DNA of 64,000 nucleotides from an uncultured cyanobacterium (GTDB lineage Bacteria; Cyanobacteriota; Cyanobacteriia; Cyanobacteriales; CAWCAG01): NCBI GenBank assembly GCA_963793425.1, contig CAWCAG010000007.1, positions 832,001 to 896,000 of the forward strand, read 5' to 3'. Shown piece by piece: positions 58,992 to 64,000 of this stretch (position 1 is its first letter; each line of letters starts with the position of its first letter). The notes under the pieces were generated by a model. It saw only the letters and a program-made list of their open reading frames with translations, ran no database searches and was not told where the DNA came from. The position numbers and the translations under genes were made by a program.

Positions 58992-61900
58992 TTAGGGCAT
59001 TCTAATGATGATGCTTCGGGACAATCCCTGGAAATTCAGTTTTAAAATGGTTTGTTCCTCTTGTTTCAGGAGAATACCGCGATAACTACCGTTTTCTTCT
59101 GTGAAGGAGAGGCTGGGGCTATTTTGACCCTGTAGTATTACAGAGCCAACTTTTATTTGGAAAGCAGCACCATCTATGTGAAATTCCTGAGCAGAATTAG
59201 TATCAGTAATTAGAACCTGCTGAGTATTTTCGGCTACTTTAATCATAAAATTACGAATTTTAAACTGTTTTCTCATTTTTTTAGGTCGAGAAACAGTTGC
59301 TGGGGTTAATTTGATTGAATCAATTTGGTTTTGCCATTTTTTTGCTTTCCTGGCAATTTCTGAGTCAATGCGTTTGGCTTTATTGGTTTGCCCTTGATTG
59401 AGGAAATATTTTGCTTGGTTGGTTTTGGTAGCTAACCAGCGATCGCAGGCGAATTGACGTAATTTTACATCAGGATGTTGGATATATTTTTCATAAAATT
59501 CTAATGTTTCTACTAAAGAGCCAATTTTTTCTAGAGCAATACCGAGGTTTTCTCTGGAAAGATGTTGTAACCAGTTAGGATTATTAAGAATTTGTTTTTG
59601 AATGAACTTTTGGTAGCGTTGGCGTTGGTTTTTGGTCAGTTTTTCTGAGGTTAGTTGAGAGTTAGCTATTTCTTCAACTAAAGTGAAAGGGAATGAAGAG
59701 TCATTGATTTGGGGTAAATAGGTTTCTATTGCGGCGATCGCTTCTTGCCAATATTGGCAATGGAAATAGTAACCCAAGAGAATTTTTAGGGGTTTGTGGC
59801 GAGGTAAGTTAGGAGAGGTTTGTTGCCAAAACTGAGTGAAGCAGGATTTAACTTTGATTAAGTTGTCGAGCCAAGTATAAACTAGTAAAGCGTTGGCATA
59901 TTCTTGTTTGGCTTCTAAAATGGGGGCAATATGTTGTAGCCACGGGGATTCACGGGGTTTTCCTGCTTGTTGCCAAGCGGTTAAGATTAACTTTCCTCCC
60001 TGGGGCTTAATTTTAGCCAAGAATTCTAAACCAGCAGGCAAGCCGACAACTTCAGCTTTGGCAATATTGTATTCTTTGAGGTGGGTGATTTTCCCTGCTT
60101 CCCAAACTGCCACTGCTTGGGGCAGTTTCTCTGCTAGATAAAAACATCTTCCTGCTAATTGGTGGGTATTTTTATAACCAGCGATCGCCAATTTTTCTAG
60201 AACTTCTCCCCATCTGTTTCCCGGAATAGCTATTTGTTTTTCTGGCTTTTTCAGCAATCCGGTAATGCTTTCAATATAGGTTTGTATGGCTTGTTGCCAT
60301 TGAGGGGCAAAACGATTTTTTTCTAAGCTATGATCCTTTAAGCCTGCTTCTACAAAGTTAGTAAATTCTCTTACTGCTTCTAAATTTTTGGTCTCTGCCA
60401 CCATAAAATTGACTAAAGGGCGATAGGATTCGCGATTATCTAAGCTGGTTTGTTGCTGTCGATTTCTTTCCCTTTGTAAGGTTTCTGGTAAATCTGTCTC
60501 CTTGTCCCTTTCCCAGTCTCCTGTTGCCAAAGATTCATACCAAGCAACTAATTTATGCCAAATCATACCTTGCCAAAAACAATCCCAGGCTTCATCAACA
60601 AGATTTTGCTGCAAAAAGAGATTACCAGCAATAAGGAATTGTTTTTCTAACTTCAATGCTCTGGCTTCACACAACGCCGCTTGTTGAGGTTTATGCAGAC
60701 GTTGATAAGCGCCTTGCGCCCTCCGGAGAAGTTCAGGGTTTCCGGTATTTAACCCTTCTGTAACAAAGGTTTGAGCGATTGATTCAAGGTCATCTGTGGC
60801 AATTTCATGGGGACGAGTTCCCAAGCTAATTAGTTGAATTGCCTCTCGCCACTGTTGCTGTTTCTTTTCTTGCTTTAACTCCGCCAGGAACTCTTCTAAT
60901 TCTCTGGGATCACTAGCTTTGTGCCATAATTTAGTTTCACCCAAAGGAGTATCGACAATAAATAAACGTTCTGTTGCCCGACTAGCCCCAACATAGAGTT
61001 TATTGAAAAAGTATTTTACTTCTTCATTGGCGTGATCGCGACTTTCCCAAGCTTCTGGTTGACAAAATTCCCCAAATTTATATAAAACAACCTGTTTAAA
61101 TTCTAAGCCCTTAGCAGCGATCGCACTTAAAATATTCCAATGGGGTTCTGTGTTATTGCCTTCCCCTAATAAATAACGCAGATGTTCATCCTTTTGCAGG
61201 TAATCTGCTTCTCCCCCTTCATCACAAGGCACAATGATAATGGTATCTTGGAGGTAATATTTAACCGCTTCCGGGAGCATATTTTCCCCGATGATATATT
61301 TTTGCGGTACAAATTGACCTATTTTTCTCGGTTTTTGGGGTTTTAATTCCGGGATGTTAAATAAAATCACTCGCCAGAGTTGGATTAAGTTATTAACCCC
61401 AACAATGGCAGGTAAGGAACGGTAATTCGACTCCAATTCCGTAAAATTCATCTCCAAACCCAATTTACCTGTAGGAGATAAAGCAGTAATTACTTCGTTA
61501 TAAAATCCTGCTTTGAGGCTAGCCCAACGAAAACCTGTAGGGTTGAGGGTTTGCATAGGATCACCAGCGAAGGCAAAAGGCAAACATTCAATATGTTGAT
61601 GTTCGAGATCATATTGAGAAAAGGCTGACAGGCGCATAATCAATTGCAGTTCCAGTTGAGTAAAATCCTGAGCCTCGTCGCAGAAAATCGCTGTATAATC
61701 TGGGCAATAGGATTTTAGTTGCAACACCCTCCTGATTAAATCTTGATCATCCCATTCTCCTTGTTCTTTCGTTCTTTGTTTGTACCACTTCCAAACATTG
61801 TCGTAGATAGCAGCAAACTCTTCTGAAGGAACTGTTCTTTCTCGTTTAGGAATTTCTAAATAATCTTCTGGGGAACGGTAATGATCTCGTTCATCAAGAT

Positions 61901-63305
61901 GGTAACCTTTGATAAAGGTACGAATCACTAACCAAGAACGTTCCGGGGAATATTCCCAAGGGTTATGTTTATATAGTTGTCGGAAGCGATGGAAAGAAAT
62001 ATATTTAGCATCATTGAAGCGATCGCTTTCTTCTTTGGGTAAGAGGTTCCGTAAAAAGCTTCTGAAGGTTTGGAAAAAAGGACTCAAATCGGGAATTTCT
62101 GTTAATTCTTCTGTTCTAGCGAGGAAGCGGTGATGGGATTCTAGTAAAGGAATGACTCTTTCTTTAGCAACCTTAAGCAGGCGTTCATTATAAGCTAAAA
62201 ATAAAGGATGGGGTTTGCTTAAAATATCCTTGCCTTCTTCCTGGCAATGGCAAAGGTGTCGGTAACAATAATCAGCAAAAAGATGAAAAAGCATTGTTGA
62301 TTTACCACTACCAGCTTGCCCATTTAAAAATAAAGGTAAGGAAGCCTTGGCAGTAGAGACAGAGTGGAGAATGGCTTTTTCTTCAGCGGAAAGAGCTAAA
62401 TTAGCTGTTTCTTCTTTTTCAATAGCTAGCCAGCTAGTTTCATCTGCTAATAAATAACCAGGATAGGCACGTCTAGCCAAAGGGTTAAGTTCATCTATTT
62501 TTAAGTTACTGAACAAAGCAGCAATGGAAATAGGAGCAGAAAATTGACGATTTCTCAAAGCTAAAGGAGAAGGAATTTGCTCTACAATACGGGCAATTTG
62601 TCCCCTGGAAGGATCGCTAGCAAAAGGGGCGAGGAGAAAGACTACTTTTAAAGCAGGAGTGTCGGAAGTGGTGATTTTACTATAGAGAACATAGCAATCA
62701 TCTTTGTTGTGAAGTTTAACATCTGACCAAATAGTATCTTCCCCGATAAAACTCTCAGCATCAGCAATCTCGGCAATCACCTGATTAAAAACCAACCACC
62801 GACTCTCTATTTCTGGGGTTTGAAACAAACTTAACCAAGACTCGCTTTCATAAATAGACACCCCATCAGTATCCATTTCCCAATTAGGGCGATCTAACCA
62901 AGGCAACAACTCTGTTGTTAAAGGTTGGGGTAGAGGTTGCTTAGTTTGGTTAAGGGCTTTTTGTGCTTTGAGCCATTGCTTTAGTTTGCTAGGTTGTAAT
63001 TCCTCACTCCAAGAACTATGCTTGAACTGTTCCCGCTCTCGCAAAAACTCTTCATACTTGCGATCGCCGCGACGAAAAATTACTAGCCAGCAAAGGATAT
63101 GTTCTTTACCGAAACGATAAATTCTGGCAATTAAGCGCAAATTGCCTTCTTTACGTTTAAGGTAAGGATATACTCGCTCAAACCGTGATTGTACTTCATC
63201 TAGCCTCATGGTAGCTAACTCGCTACACAAACGTTCAACTTGTGGTTGCAGGTTACTTTGGCGTTCTAATTCCCGGTTGAATTGCGAGGTACGATAGACG
63301 TACAT
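58992..63305 (-). CDS. Superfamily 1 (UvrD-like) helicase with RelE-like N-terminal domain and TPR-like C-terminal region
   Basis: Walker A GQAGSGKST, Walker B FCDEAQD, FAGDPMQT, NYRS, AKGLEF, LYVGASRA; helical repeats follow the helicase core. Confidence 0.82.
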   Translation of the reverse strand: MYVYRTSQFNRELERQSNLQPQVERLCSELATMRLDEVQSRFERVYPYLKRKEGNLRLIARIYRFGKEHILCWLVIFRRGDRKYEEFLREREQFKHSSWSEELQPSKLKQWLKAQKALNQTKQPLPQPLTTELLPWLDRPNWEMDTDGVSIYESESWLSLFQTPEIESRWLVFNQVIAEIADAESFIGEDTIWSDVKLHNKDDCYVLYSKITTSDTPALKVVFLLAPFASDPSRGQIARIVEQIPSPLALRNRQFSAPISIAALFSNLKIDELNPLARRAYPGYLLADETSWLAIEKEETANLALSAEEKAILHSVSTAKASLPLFLNGQAGSGKSTMLFHLFADYCYRHLCHCQEEGKDILSKPHPLFLAYNERLLKVAKERVIPLLESHHRFLARTEELTEIPDLSPFFQTFRSFLRNLLPKEESDRFNDAKYISFHRFRQLYKHNPWEYSPERSWLVIRTFIKGYHLDERDHYRSPEDYLEIPKRERTVPSEEFAAIYDNVWKWYKQRTKEQGEWDDQDLIRRVLQLKSYCPDYTAIFCDEAQDFTQLELQLIMRLSAFSQYDLEHQHIECLPFAFAGDPMQTLNPTGFRWASLKAGFYNEVITALSPTGKLGLEMNFTELESNYRSLPAIVGVNNLIQLWRVILFNIPELKPQKPRKIGQFVPQKYIIGENMLPEAVKYYLQDTIIIVPCDEGGEADYLQKDEHLRYLLGEGNNTEPHWNILSAIAAKGLEFKQVVLYKFGEFCQPEAWESRDHANEEVKYFFNKLYVGASRATERLFIVDTPLGETKLWHKASDPRELEEFLAELKQEKKQQQWREAIQLISLGTRPHEIATDDLESIAQTFVTEGLNTGNPELLRRAQGAYQRLHKPQQAALCEARALKLEKQFLIAGNLFLQQNLVDEAWDCFWQGMIWHKLVAWYESLATGDWERDKETDLPETLQRERNRQQQTSLDNRESYRPLVNFMVAETKNLEAVREFTNFVEAGLKDHSLEKNRFAPQWQQAIQTYIESITGLLKKPEKQIAIPGNRWGEVLEKLAIAGYKNTHQLAGRCFYLAEKLPQAVAVWEAGKITHLKEYNIAKAEVVGLPAGLEFLAKIKPQGGKLILTAWQQAGKPRESPWLQHIAPILEAKQEYANALLVYTWLDNLIKVKSCFTQFWQQTSPNLPRHKPLKILLGYYFHCQYWQEAIAAIETYLPQINDSSFPFTLVEEIANSQLTSEKLTKNQRQRYQKFIQKQILNNPNWLQHLSRENLGIALEKIGSLVETLEFYEKYIQHPDVKLRQFACDRWLATKTNQAKYFLNQGQTNKAKRIDSEIARKAKKWQNQIDSIKLTPATVSRPKKMRKQFKIRNFMIKVAENTQQVLITDTNSAQEFHIDGAAFQIKVGSVILQGQNSPSLSFTEENGSYRGILLKQEEQTILKLNFQGLSRSIIIRMP

Positions 63306-63484
63306 CCTAGTAATCCCCTTTCGCTATTCTGACTAAAGATTGATTAGTATTTTTCCTCTCTTTACTATTGTGATCTATGGAGGTGGGAATTTGCCATCAT
63401 GCTTTCCCACAGTTGTCTGGGAATAAAAAAAGCAAGTAAGTTACTCTGATACTTTCTCTTTCCCTTGAAAAAATACTTAAATGT

Positions 63485-64000
63485 ATGGGGTTGAATTCAT
63501 TCATGATGTGGTTGCTTCTTGCCGTAGGAGGGCTTTCTTCCGGACTTCTAGCTGGATTACTTGGCATTGGTGGAGGTACGGTTTTAGTTCCGATTTTAGT
63601 TACATTAGGTTATTCCTATAACCAAAGTGTAGCTACTAGCAGTTTAGCTATTGTGATGACTTCCATTTCAGGAACAATACAAAATTGGCGTATGGGTTAC
63701 TTAAATTGGCGACACGTTATTTTGTTAGGATTGCCAGCTATATTAACTGCTTTGTTAGGGGCTTATTTAGTAACTCAATTGTCAGATTATTTCAAAGAGG
63801 CAGCCTTTGGCATTTTATTACTTATCAATATTTTGCTATTAAGTTGGCGTAAACGTTTGTCGAGCCAAAAAAATAACAGTCAAAAATCACAAATCAATCC
63901 TATTTTAGCCCGTAGCGCTACAGGAGCAACAGCAGGTTTATTAGCTGGTTTGTTTGGCATTGGGGGCGGTGCAATTATGGTTCCTTTGCAAATGTTGCTA
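63485..64000 (+). CDS. Sulfite exporter TauE/SafE family protein, 5' part only
   Basis: Manual translation MGLNSFMMWLLLAVGGLSSGLLAGLLGIGGGTVLVPIL..AVA/SVATSS..; second repeat AGLLAGLFGIGGGAIMVP at the window end. Confidence 0.9.
   Translation, partial: MGLNSFMMWLLLAVGGLSSGLLAGLLGIGGGTVLVPILVTLGYSYNQSVATSSLAIVMTSISGTIQNWRMGYLNWRHVILLGLPAILTALLGAYLVTQLSDYFKEAAFGILLLINILLLSWRKRLSSQKNNSQKSQINPILARSATGATAGLLAGLFGIGGGAIMVPLQMLL

Overview
AT-rich cyanobacterial chromosomal window. About 30 HIP1 octamers (GCGATCGC, counted by eye), CP12, glpX FBP/SBPase, mgdA/mgdE, cruF/cruG and a PEP-CTERM protein support that assignment. Most of it is housekeeping or core cyanobacterial genes: pyrE, riboflavin synthase, dnaX, metF, glmM, hemA, a GH38 mannosidase and MscS. 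The main accessory locus is at 35.8-41.8 kb, in a HIP1-free stretch. It holds an orphan contractile-injection-type polymorphic toxin with a Cys-rich Ntox16-like tip, an ankyrin immunity gene and a YbjN-domain gene. Between the last two sits a 399-bp ORF-less IS200/IS605 derivative that keeps both ends, a perfect extended -10 promoter, a highly structured leader and a TnpB omega-RNA scaffold, but has lost tnpB. Other notable items: a Cph1-like phytochrome whose PASDIP motif reads PAWEIP; a soluble adenylate cyclase with an UrtA/AmiC-like sensor and a 360-bp triplicated PAS module; a large SF1 helicase with a RelE-like N-terminus and TPR-like tail; a likely Yfr1 sRNA target site in the glmM leader; an apparent 1-nt frameshift at the 5' end of mgdA; and a modular MITE-like repeat family, one copy of which overlaps the metF start codon. 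I saw no rRNA, tRNA or CRISPR array. All family assignments come from motif recognition by eye, not database searches.
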